A stretch of 51,041 bases of DNA from Octopus bimaculoides (taxonomy: Eukaryota): assembly GCF_001194135.2 (NCBI RefSeq), contig NC_068985.1:20803987-20855027 (forward strand). Direction: 5' to 3'. The position numbers and the translations under genes are program-made. Below the pieces are notes generated by a model. The model was not told the DNA's origin. It saw only the letters and a program-made list of their open reading frames with translations, and did not search any database. Positions 12,380-24,385 of this stretch are shown here, piece after piece. How positions within the stretch are numbered: the stretch's first letter is position 1; every line of letters starts with the position of its first letter.

Positions 12380-13850
12380 TTACTCTAAACCAAGCATTTC
12401 TCCTGCTGTTGCCCCACAAGGAAGATTCTTCTAAGCATGAAACCAATCTACATTTCATTGAGGTCTACTCTGTCATGACTGTCTCCATGATCTTCAGAAC
12501 CTTTACCCAGCAGTCTGAATCTTCTATAGCTTCCTCTTTCTATAGTTTCCTCTCTCTATAGTTTCCTCTCTTCTATAGTTTCCTCTCTCTAAAGTGTCTG
12601 TTATGCCTTTGTAGTAGTTTACACTGATGCATCTATGCCTGTTATTGGGTTTAACACCTTTCTGTATAACTTGATTATCTTGGAGGTAATCATGTATCCT
12701 ACCTCACTACATATCTTGAGCATCTCTTCAGCTATCCCTCATGGATCTGCAGCTTTTTTCTCTTTCCATTTCGTTAATCACTTTAACTATCATACTGCTG
12801 TTCATTTGAATTGTTGGTCCCTCTGTAGGATCAGAATAAGGTAGCCCAACTTTGTCCCATGCATTCTCCACATTCAGCAGCCTCTCAAAATAGTATTTCC
12901 ATGCTACATTTTTTTTCTATGTTGATGGTAAGTTTGCATTCATCATTAAAAATACAATTCACGACAATGATGTACTAGTTCTCTTTCACACACGTGTCTC
13001 ACAACCTTAAACACTTCATGCCTTTGATCCTTCTTGCAGTGTAGAACATACACACGGTGGAGGCGCAATGGTCCAGTGGTTAGGGCAGCGGACTCGCGGT
13101 CATAGGATCGCGGTTTCGATTCCCAGACCGGGTGTTGTGAGTGTTTATTGAGCGAAAGCACCTAAAGCTCCACAAGGCTCCGGCAGGGGATGGTGGTGAA
13201 CCCTGCTGTACTCTTTCTCTCACTCTTACTTCCTGTTTCTGTTGTGCCTGTAATTCAAAGGGTCAACCTTGTCACACAGTGTCACGCTGAATATCCCCGA
13301 GAACTACGTTAAAGGTACACGTGTCTGTGGAGTGCTCAGCCACTTGCACGTTAATTTCATGAGCAGGCTGTTCTGTTGATCGGATGAACTGGAACACAAA
13401 ACTNNNNNNNNNNNNNNNNNNNNNNNNNNNNNNNNNNNNNNNNNNNNNNNNNNNNNNNNNNNNNNNNNNNNNNNNNNNNNNNNNNNNNNNNNNNNNNNNN
13501 NNNNNNTTGCCAGGCCTGTTTCTTAGCTTTTACCACCATATTAGTTGTGTCAGTTTACTACCATGCTATTTCTGGTTTGGTTGGAACTTTGCTTCAGCCA
13601 CATGTCTGATGTGTATTCTTCAGCAACTTGTTTTGTAGAAATTCCCAGATGTCATCTATGCTACAAGTATTTAAATCTTTCTTCCTCCAGTATCAATTAC
13701 AATTTCTCTAAACCTATTCCCAATTGCTTGATCGTTTAGCTTATATCTCCATCTCCTCCCTTTTGGCATACATCTCCTTCTTCTCTGTTTCTGAATCTGT
13801 CTAGCTCTGACACCGAAGTCACCTGCCACTTCTTTGCCAGGAAAGGTTTT
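12380..13850 (-). pseudogene. decayed RTE LINE interrupted by a SINE and a gap
   Basis: Minus-strand remnants in RTE order: MVVKAKKQAW, KKDQRHEVFKVVR, KAADP*GIAEEMLK, RGSYRRFRLL...M*IGFM. A 3x ~17-bp duplication (ctatagtttcctctct) lies at about 12540-12590. Confidence 0.75.
13059..13403 (+). mobile_element. young tRNA(Arg)-like SINE
   Basis: Head ggaggcgcaatggtccagtggttagggcagcggacTCGcggtcataggatcgcggtttcgattccc has A-box and B-box-like motifs, a TCG at the anticodon-like position and retained CpGs. The body runs into a gap. Confidence 0.8.
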
Positions 13851-14395
13851 AGTATTTACAATAGTCCCATATATGTATAATGTATGTGTGTGTATATATA
13901 TATATATATACTTATATATGTGTTTCAACCTTTGGACTGTGGCTATGCTGTGGCACTGCCTCAACAGGATTAGTCAGACAAATCAACCTTTGTATTTACT
14001 CTTTCTTATTACAATGGTCTCTTTTGCTGAACCACTAAGTTACAAGGACAAAAACAAACCAGCACGTGTTGTCAATGCTTTCAGTAATTATTTTAGCCAT
14101 GTGGCCTAGTGGTTGAGTTGTTAGACACACAATCATAAGGTTCTGGGTTCAATTCCAGGACCAAGGAGAATGTTGTCACATCATTTTGCATGGTTCCAGT
14201 CAGTTCAACTGAAAGTAAGTACCAGATGATTGCTGACAGAGCCCTCCTCTTCACTCCACGCCCTCCTCTTCACTCCACACCCTCCGGCTGTCACATCCTC
14301 AGTGTTCTTGTGGGTTAAAGGTGAGAGGACCAAGAAAGTGTCTATGTCTGCTTGCAATTATATAGGTACCCCAAAACAAGAAAAACAAACAATAG

Positions 14396-14432
<37 letters not shown>

Positions 14433-14660
14433 TGTTGTATTTCAGAATGGTCATTTTTTTTTGTGCCAGATAAACACACACACTATATATTTATTCTTCA
14501 CTCTATTACTGTCTTGGAGGGTTTAACTGAATGAATTGACCCTAGTATTTTTTTTTAAATCAGGTACTTATTTTGTCAGTCTCATTTTGTGCAACTGCTA
14601 AGTGTGTAAACAAACAACGTCAGTTGTCAAGCATTGGTGGGGGACACACGAAGCTGTGCT

Positions 14661-14744
<84 letters not shown>

Positions 14745-15061
14745 CACACACACACACTCATACACATATATGGTTACACATGTATTTATGCATACATTAA
14801 AATATATACATATGTGACTGATGTGAGACTGCTTCATTTTGATTTTTTTTTTGTTTTTATTTTGTGTATATGATAAAATCGTGTGGGTGGGAGTAAAGAT
14901 TAAATATGTAAATCTACCTCTTCATGGTAGTGTGTATAGGAATGTCAGACATTTCTGTATACAATGTCAATTTGATATGGTATTAGGTATATGCATGCAT
15001 GTGTGTGTGTGTACACGCATACGTGTGTGTGCGTATATATATGTATATGTATATGTATCTG

Positions 15062-15092
<31 letters not shown>

Positions 15093-15215
15093 ATGGGTAT
15101 ATATATATAAATATATATATACATGTAGGTTTATATATATGTATATATGTGTGTATATGTACATATATACGTATATGTATGAATATATATGCTTGTATAT
15201 GTATATATATACATA

Positions 15216-15278
<63 letters not shown>

Positions 15279-15547
15279 NNNNNNNNNNNNNNNNNNNNNN
15301 NNNNNNNNNNNNNNNNNNNNNNNNNNNNNNNNNNNNNNNNNNNNNNNNNNNNNNNNNNNNNNNNNNNNNNNNNNNNNNNNNNNNNNNNNNNNNNNNNNNN
15401 NNNNNNNNNNNNNNNNNNNNNNNNNNNNNNNNNNNNNNNNNNNNNNNNNNNNNNNNNNNNNNNNNNNNNNNNNNNNNNNNNNNNNNNNNNNNNNNNNNNN
15501 NNNNNNNNNNNNNNNNNNNNNNNNNNNNNNNNNNNNNNNNNNNNNNN

Positions 15548-15578
15548 CTATCTATCTATCTATCTATCTATCTCTCTG

Positions 15579-15635
<57 letters not shown>
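15548..15635. repeat. (CTAT)n microsatellite
   Basis: Direct reading of the sequence. Confidence 0.95.
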
Positions 15636-15636
<1 letters not shown>

Positions 15637-16541
15637 ACTCTATATATTGTATGTATGTATATCATTCTAGTATTTTCCTTTCTACCAAATGTGTGTATCA
15701 AGTTATGTAATTGGATTCATGCTATTTATTAAAGATATTAGTGTCATTATGGCCTTTGCTGGGTATGTGTGCTCACATCTGAGTATTTGCATGTGAGAGA
15801 ATGTGAAGGAGAAAGAGAGTGAGGGAATACTAGCGTGTGTATAAGTGTGCTCATGTATGCGTTTGTGTGTCTCATTTTCCTTTTTTTTTATCTTCTTCAT
15901 TTTACCCTCCTGTTTGTCATTTCTTATAACTGATATTCTCATCAACAACAACCATCATCACCATCATCATATTAAAACTATCATCATTATCACATTCAGC
16001 CTAATCTCTCACTCATTCTCATCATCATCGTCATCATCTTCTTACATCTTCACCATCATCATCATTAGGGATTTTTTTTTTGCATTGAAAGTGCCACACT
16101 CAAAAGAAAAAACAAAAAAAAAAAAGCCGAATGAGTGCATGCAACATAAGTAACAGCAGCACAGACAGTGGCAGCGCAACACCAGCTGTAACGGTAGTAG
16201 GAGTCATAATTGGTTTGTCTTCATATAAGAAGGGTAGCAGTGTGAGAAGTAGTACTATCATCTGTGGCTTCCACACCAGTGACAACTCAACTGAGCGGGG
16301 ACTGGGGTATGATTTGTTGTAGTTCTTAGAACAATATAGTTACTTGGTTCTTTTGGGAGTTGATAAAAGGGCAGCGATCATTTCTGAATCCCAAACTTGC
16401 TGTGTTTACCTCACACACAAGGTGTCGTTTGGAAAAAAAAAAAACTGAGGGCAGGGAGGTACAACAGTTTACATAAAGAAAGGTAATTGATAGAAAAGAA
16501 GGAAAAAAGTTTATACTTTATAGAAATCATGCATTTTACAG

Positions 16542-16562
16542 AGTCATGCTTCGTTCAGCAAG
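16542..16562 (+). other. candidate 21-nt exon or end of an alternative first exon
   Basis: gcattttacag|AGTCATGCTTCGTTCAGCAAG|gtaaat; open in all three frames and contains an ATG (MLRSA). Splice-signal reading only. Confidence 0.25.
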
Positions 16563-16777
16563 GTAAATCTTCAATGCTTGTAACTATTTCTTACATTTTA
16601 CTACTATATATATTTTGGTTTCTTTTTACTTTTAATTTTCACCTGATTTCTCTTTGTAAATCAATATACATGCTTGTTTGTGTATGTGTGTGAGTTTGTG
16701 TGCACGCACTTATCACGTTATATTTATAAACAATATACTTGAAACATTTTCTGTATATATATGGGTCCGTTTATATA

Positions 16778-16851
<74 letters not shown>

Positions 16852-17093
16852 TGTATATATCTAAAAAGTATACATTTATTGATATATATATATGCTTGTG
16901 AACAGGTATGTGTGTATATATGTATGTGTATGTATTTATACATGTACATAGATATATATATGTATGTGTGTGTGTATATATGTAAATAATGAATTTATAT
17001 ATGTCTGTATGTTATATATATGTGTGTGCATATGTATTTTATATATATTTCTAGGAATATATATATATATGTATATGTCTGTATGTATATAAA

Positions 17094-17139
<46 letters not shown>

Positions 17140-17818
17140 TTATATATGAATAGCATATGTATGTATAAAGTGTATATATAAAGGAATATATATNNNNNNN
17201 NNNTATAAAGGAATATATATACATACATATGTAATGTACATGTGCGTATATCCATATATGTGTGTGTATATATATATATATAAATACATATCTATATATG
17301 TATACATACACACACAATCCACATCTGTCACATTCCTTTCACTCTGTCACAAACCTACCTATCCACCTACCTTTTCTAATCCTTCGTACCTGTTCTCTCT
17401 CTCTCTTATATCCACCTTTTACCTTGTTGGTACTCCCTCAGTCTCTCTCTCTCTTTCCAACTGGGGGAGCCATGTATCTTCTTTTTCAGCGAGACACCTG
17501 TTCCTCTCATTCTCTCATATTTAACATCTCAATACCTGGCACAAAAACATCTTCCTCAATACTACATCCCTATTCTGTTACAGAAATATCATCTTGTGAG
17601 TTACTTGGCGACCTCACTTGTGCTTGTGCCATGAAAAGAGCACCCAGTACACTCTGTAAAGTGGTTGTTGATTTGAAGTGCATCCAGCCATAGAAACCAT
17701 GCCAAAGCAGACACTAGGTCTCAGCACGGTCCTCAGGTTCGCTGGTTCCTGTTTCACATCTAACATGTAGAAAACAGATGTGAAACAATGATGATGATGA
17801 GGAGGAGAAGGAAGTTGT

Positions 17819-17921
<103 letters not shown>

Positions 17922-18256
17922 CATGTATGTAAAACGTAATAAGGGCATAAAATATAATTGCTACTTTTAAGGTTATGTAAATGGAGTGATTTCTGTAAGC
18001 CAGCTGTGCACAACCTTTGCACATGTGAAACAGATATATAGGCATGCATACATGAATGTATGTGTGCATGTATGAAGCAACAAGTATATATGTTTGCACG
18101 TGTGCATGTCTGTGTATATAAAGATGCATGTAGGTATGTTAATATATATGTATAAATTTATATATATATACACTCTTTATGCTCACTTGTATGTGTGTAT
18201 ACATATATATATATGTGCATATATATATATATTTATATATATATATATATATATAC

Positions 18257-18291
<35 letters not shown>

Positions 18292-18717
18292 TATATATAT
18301 ATGTATATATGTATATGTAAGTATATATATAGATGGATATAAATACATATATACATACATATATGTTTACATACATATATGTACATGTATATAACGTGTA
18401 TATGAATATATGTATGTCATAAATGTGTGTGTGCATAGGGGATATGGGGTGAATGTGTTTGTGTGTGCTAATAGGTGTATAGATATGCATACGTATATAA
18501 TTTTAAAAGTTCTTAGAAAAGTTGTTTTTTAAATATTTTGTTAAATTAAAATTTGCCAACTTTAAAAAATGTATAATCACTTTTGAATGATTAATAAATT
18601 CTAATGAGAAAATATGTTTCATATATATACACACACATAAAACTACATGTGTATTGATATAAGTTTTATATATATGTGTGTATATATATGAACGCTACGC
18701 ATCCATTTGCAAGTAAG

Positions 18718-18757
<40 letters not shown>

Positions 18758-20067
18758 NNNNNNNNNNNNNNNNNNNNNNNNNNNNNNNNNNNNNNNNNNN
18801 NNNNNNNNNNNNNNNNNNNNNNNNNNNNNNNNNNNNNNNNNNNNNNNNNNNNNNNNNNNNNNNNNNNNNNNNNNNNNNNNNNNNNNNNNNNNNNNNNNNN
18901 NNNNNNNNNNNNNNNNNNNNNNNNNNNNNNNNNNNNNNNNNNNNNNNNNNNNNNNNNNNNNNNNNNNNNNNNNNNNNNNNNNNNNNNNNNNNNNNNNNNN
19001 NNNNNNNNNNNNNNNNNNNNNNNNNNNNNNNNNNNNNNNNNNNNNNNNNNNNNNNNNNNNNNNNNNNNNNNNNNNNNNNNNNNNNNNNNNNNNNNNNNNN
19101 NNNNNNNNNNNNNNNNNNNNNNNNNNNNNNNNNNNNNNNNNNNNNNNNNNNNNNNNNNNNNNNNNNNNNNNNNNNNNNNNNNNNNNNNNNNNNNNNNNNN
19201 NNNNNNNNNNNNNNNNNNNNNNNNNNNNNNNNNNNNNNNNNNNNNNNNNNNNNNNNNNNNNNNNNNNNNNGCACCCACTTCACCACCTCCTTTTCCATGA
19301 CAGAAATCTTGTTGGTGCCACAGCAAGTACACTCAGGCAGCCCCCACCCCACCCCACCCCCACAAAAGTGTATTGCAAAACACAATTTTGTGAGACTCCT
19401 TTTGTCATGTCTCAGTGAGGGCCTATCAGTTTCTGTTTGTAGCACACAGAAATGCATGTTAGGGTGGATAGTCTGCTGTAGAAACCAAGGGAAAATGGCA
19501 AGTATATGCACAAGTCTATGAGAGCAGTGACACCCATTAAAAAGGGGCTTGGATAATAATGACTGATTGAACTCATCAAACACATAAGAGCATGGTAAAC
19601 ATGAGGATGATATTGGTGGTGGTTAGGGTGGTAGTAGTGGGTGGTGATGATGAAGGTAATAATGATATTTGCATGTATATGTATGTATGTGTGTGAGTGG
19701 GGGGGGGTCATTTGTGTTCACACGTATGCTTGTGTGCATATGTGAAGGTGGTTAGAATAGTGATGAGGGTGCTGTGCTCATGATCATAGGGATGTCGGTT
19801 CAGTTCCTGGACTAGGTGATGCACTCTGTCATTCACTCAGATCCTTCATTTCACATTGTTCCATTCTACTCAGCTATAAACGAGAACCAGCACTCACTGG
19901 TACAGTTCTACTCCCTTCACATTCACAATCTTCCACTTCGGCCAGGGTTGATGACGAGAACGTGTTTATGTCTGCTTGCAACTGCATAGATATTGCAAGC
20001 AACTACTTAAAGTGTCATACAAGCTACTATGCCATGCTCACTTACAAGTGATGGCCATGCTTTATAC

Positions 20068-20098
<31 letters not shown>

Positions 20099-20138
20099 CA
20101 CATACATACATACATACATATATACATACATACATACA

Positions 20139-20169
<31 letters not shown>

Positions 20170-21047
20170 NNNNNNNNNNNNNNNNNNNNNNNNNNNNNNN
20201 NNNNNNNNNNNNNNNNNNNNNNNNNNNNNNNNNNNNNNNNNNNNNNNNNNNNNNNNNNNNNNNNNNNNNNNNNNNNNNNNNNNNNNNNNNNNNNNNNNNN
20301 NNNNNNNNNNNNNNNNNNNNNNNNNNNNNNNNNNNNNNNNNNNNNNNNNNNNNNNNNNNNNNNNNNNNNNNNNNNNNNNNNNNNNNNNNNNNNNNNNNNN
20401 NNNNNNNNNNNNNNNNNNNNNNNNNNNNNNNNNNNNNNNNNNNNNNNNNNNNNNNNNNNNNNNNNNNNNNNNNNNNNNNNNNNNNNNNNNNNNNNNNNNN
20501 NNNNNNNNNNNNNNNNNNNNNNNNNNNNNNNNNNNNNNNNNNNNNNNNNNNNNNNNNNNNNNNNNNNNNNNNNNNNNNNNNNNNNNNNNNNNNNNNNNNN
20601 NNNNNNNNNNNNNNNNNNNNNNNNNNNNNNNNNNNNNNNNNNNNNNNNNNNNNNNNNNNNNNNNNNNNNNNNNNNNNATATATATATATATATATATAAA
20701 TGCATCTATGTGCATATGTGTTTACGCATGTGTATACATTTAATGAGTTTGCTACAACTCTACTTTACACTATTTCATTACATGAAGTTTCATATCTTTT
20801 AAATATCCTTAGGGTACTCGTCTGATATAAATGCAGCATTAGAACTGCAACTGACTGTGAGTATTAAGCAGTTCAGACGCTGTACTCTCATATGATGATT
20901 ACCCTAAGGATATGATACTGTAAGTAACCAAATGCTGTGAGCTGAATTATAATTAATGCATTAGGCATTTATTCTACTTGGGTACTGTGTGTCTTTTTGC
21001 ATTGTTCACTTTCACTCTGTATTTGAATTCATCTACATAGAGCCTAA

Positions 21048-21080
<33 letters not shown>

Positions 21081-21100
21081 TAGAGAGAGACTGAGAGAGC

Positions 21101-21198
21101 ACTTGGTGCGTAGAAGCACACTCATAGCTTGTAGCAGACGAAATTCATCTGTCATGGGCGTCTGCTATGATCTATCTCTGTGCTTTTGTGCACCAGGT
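21101..21198 (+). ncRNA. long hairpin, candidate pri-miRNA or structured intronic RNA
   Basis: Positions 21101-21140 pair in one register with 21198-21159: 30 Watson-Crick, 6 G-U, 4 mismatches, no indels. Apical ttcat/atggg stem with a 5-nt loop. Confidence 0.55.
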
Positions 21199-21322
21199 AC
21201 CTACATGAGAGGATCTCTCAAGGTTAATAATGGAGTGTTCAGTGTTCTAACAAAGCATCCATGTTAAGTCGGATATAAAGATCACCTTTTGGTAATAATA
21301 CTGGATCTGTTACTAGTAATTA

Positions 21323-21405
<83 letters not shown>

Positions 21406-21443
21406 TATATATGTATGTATATGTATATATGCAGGTATGTAAG

Positions 21444-21477
<34 letters not shown>

Positions 21478-21565
21478 TTATATATGTATGTATATATATA
21501 TATATACACATTATATACATTTGTATGTATATGTATGTGTGTATATATATATATATATGTATATG

Positions 21566-21620
<55 letters not shown>

Positions 21621-22322
21621 NNNNNNNNNNNNNNNNNNNNNNNNNNNNNNNNNNNNNNNNNNNNNNNNNNNNNNNNNNNNNNNNNNNNNNNNNNNNNNNN
21701 NNNNNNNNNNNNNNNNNNNNNNNNNNNNNNNNNNNNNNNNNNNNNNNNNNNNNNNNNNNNNNNNNNNNNNNNNNNNNNNNNNNNNNNNNNNNNNNNNNNN
21801 NNNNNNNNNNNNNNNNNNNNNNNNNNNNNNNNNNNNNNNNNNNNNNNNNNNNNNNNNNNNNNNNNNNNNNNNNNNNNNNNNNNNNNNNNNNNNNNNNNNN
21901 NNNNNNNNNNNNNNNNNNNNNNNNNNNNNNNNNNNNNNNNNNNNNNNNNNNNNNNNNNNNNNNNNNNNNNNNNNNNNNNNNNNNNNNNNNNNNNNNNNNN
22001 NNNNNNNNNNNNNNNNNNNNNNNNNNNNNNNNNNNNNNNNNNNNNNNNNNNNNNNNNNNNNNNNNNNNNNNNNNNNNNNNNNNNNNNNNNNNNNNNNNNN
22101 NNNNNNNNNNNNNNNNNNNNNNNNNNNNNNNNNNNNNNNNNNNNNNNNNNNNNNNNNNNNNNNNNNNNNNNNNNNNNNNNNNNNNNNNNNNNNNNNNNNN
22201 NNNNNNNNNNCGTCCAACCCATGCTAGCATGGAAAGCGGACGTTAAACGATGATGATGATGATGATGATGATGATATGCACATGTGTATATATATCTATA
22301 TATATATGTGCATGTACGTAAG

Positions 22323-22375
<53 letters not shown>

Positions 22376-22390
22376 GTATCATATATATAA

Positions 22391-22428
<38 letters not shown>

Positions 22429-22871
22429 ATGTGTGTGTGCATGTATGTAGGCATTTATGTATGCACATATATGTGTGTGTATGTGTGTGTAGATATATAT
22501 TGGTGCATGATGCAGTTCTTGGACCCACTGGATCCTGCCGAACCATTTAACCCATGCCAGCATGGAACATGGACATTAAATTATGATGACAATTATGATG
22601 AAGATGATGTATAAATATTTATGCATGTTTGTGTGTGTGTGTGCGCGTGTGTGTGTGTGTGTTTGTGGTGTGGTGTCTGTGTCTGGTGTGTGTTTGTGTG
22701 TGGTAGCTAGATGTATGAACTTCGCAAGGCACATCTCAGTTCTTCTAATCAAGGTATTTTATTCAGTGATTTTTAATCAATCTGAAATGCTTATTGTTAT
22801 GACCAGTGACACTTTAAAACAAATATGAAGAAAGAACGTAGAAGAATGTATAAATATACATATATATATAT

Positions 22872-23262
22872 AGGTGCAGGGGTGGTTGTATGGTAAACGA
22901 TTTGCTTCCCAACCACATAGTTTTGAGTTCAATCCTACTGCATGGCATGTTGGGCTAGTGTCTTCTACTAAAGCCTCAGGCTGACCAATGCCTTATGAAT
23001 GTAATTTGTACATGGAAACTGAAAGAAGCTTGTCGTATGGGTGTGTATGTGTTTGGGTCCTTGTTTGTTCCCCACCACTACTTGACAGCTGGTGTTGGTG
23101 TGTTAAAATCCCTTAACTTAGTGGTTTGACAAAAGATATTGATAGAATAAGTACTAGACTTAAACAAATTAAGTACAGGGATTAATTCGCTTGACTAAAA
23201 GTTCTACAAGATGGTGCCCCAGCATGGCCACAATCTAATGATTGAAACAAGTGAAAGATAAA
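22872..23262 (+). mobile_element. tRNA-derived SINE (same family as 43861-44208)
   Basis: aggtgcaggggtggttgtatggtaa...cccaaccacatagttttgagttcaatcc head, conserved body, tail gatggtgccccagcatggccacaatc...gaaacaagtgaaagataaa. Confidence 0.8.
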
Positions 23263-23314
23263 ACTGATATATTTCATTCATTTGTTTTTTTCCATTTTAG
23301 GATACTTTAGCCAA

Positions 23315-23381
<67 letters not shown>

Positions 23382-23759
23382 GTTGAAAAAAGATTAGAGA
23401 TCTATGCAAATCAAATTTTTATATAGAAAAGATGGAGGCAGAAATAGCACAGAAGTAAGCCTAAGACATTTCAATTTAAGGGGGAATTTAATAAAAATGA
23501 TTTTAAACATTATATAAAGAAAATATTACTGATTTCAATGAATCTCATCGTATCAAATAGTAGAAATTTATGAAAATTTGAAGTAAAAGTTTATCTTCTG
23601 TCTGGGGTCAAAAACATGTCTGGAGATTTTTTGTTAAAGTCTTCTTTAAATATAGTTTGGTATAGAATTCAAAGTGTTACTTCTGTATTATTTCCACCTC
23701 CATTTTATATAAAAGGTTGTCGTTATAGTACTCAGAGTTTCAAATGTTGGAGCGAAGAA

Positions 23760-23979
23760 CTACGATACATTCTCGGCGGCTGTTATATGTATATATATGA
23801 TAGATTGCTAGCCACTATACCTTTTTCTATTTTTTCTCCCTGTTTATTTCTGTGTTCCTTTCTGTCAAAGAGCGTAGGCTTGAAACGTAAAAGACTTTCT
23901 CACTTCCAGAGCATTAAACTAATACACCTGTTTGTTATTTACTCGCCCGTCATCGTCTTGTTTTTTTGTAAATTCTCAC

Positions 23980-23990
<11 letters not shown>
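23760..23990 (+). mobile_element. Penelope-associated repeat end with decayed minimal hammerhead-like motif
   Basis: tctgtcaaaga-gcgtaggctt-gaaa-cgta at 23861-23889. Stem II gagc/gctt and GAAACGT are present; the CUGANGA core is mutated. Confidence 0.4.
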
Positions 23991-24053
<63 letters not shown>

Positions 24054-24229
24054 AAGCATAGATTTTACAACCTGTTTTACAAGGAAGATTTTAATTTAGT
24101 CAGGGGTAATTACCAAAAGATTTATTAATAGGGAAATGTCATCAAACCTCCTCATCTGACGTTCGAAGATTTTTCAGAGTAGCACAGAATGTAAATATTC
24201 ACGCACACGCACACACACACACACACACA

Positions 24230-24385
24230 AGATGGGCTTTGTACCATATCCATCTACCATATTCACTTCCAAGGTACTGGCCACCTTGGAATAAAGCAGT
24301 AAATACTTGTACAAAGTACTGTGCAGTGGGACTGAACCTGAGACTGTGATTGAGAAGCAAACTTCTCAACCACATGCACGTGCAC
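24230..24385 (-). mobile_element. tRNA-derived SINE fragment, reverse orientation
   Basis: Reverse complement of the head and core of the 22872/43861 family (gcagtgggactgaacc...gtgattgagaagcaaacttctcaaccac). Confidence 0.7.

Noticed and set aside
13059-13130. tRNA-Arg gene
   Set aside because: It does not close a full cloverleaf and continues into a SINE body.
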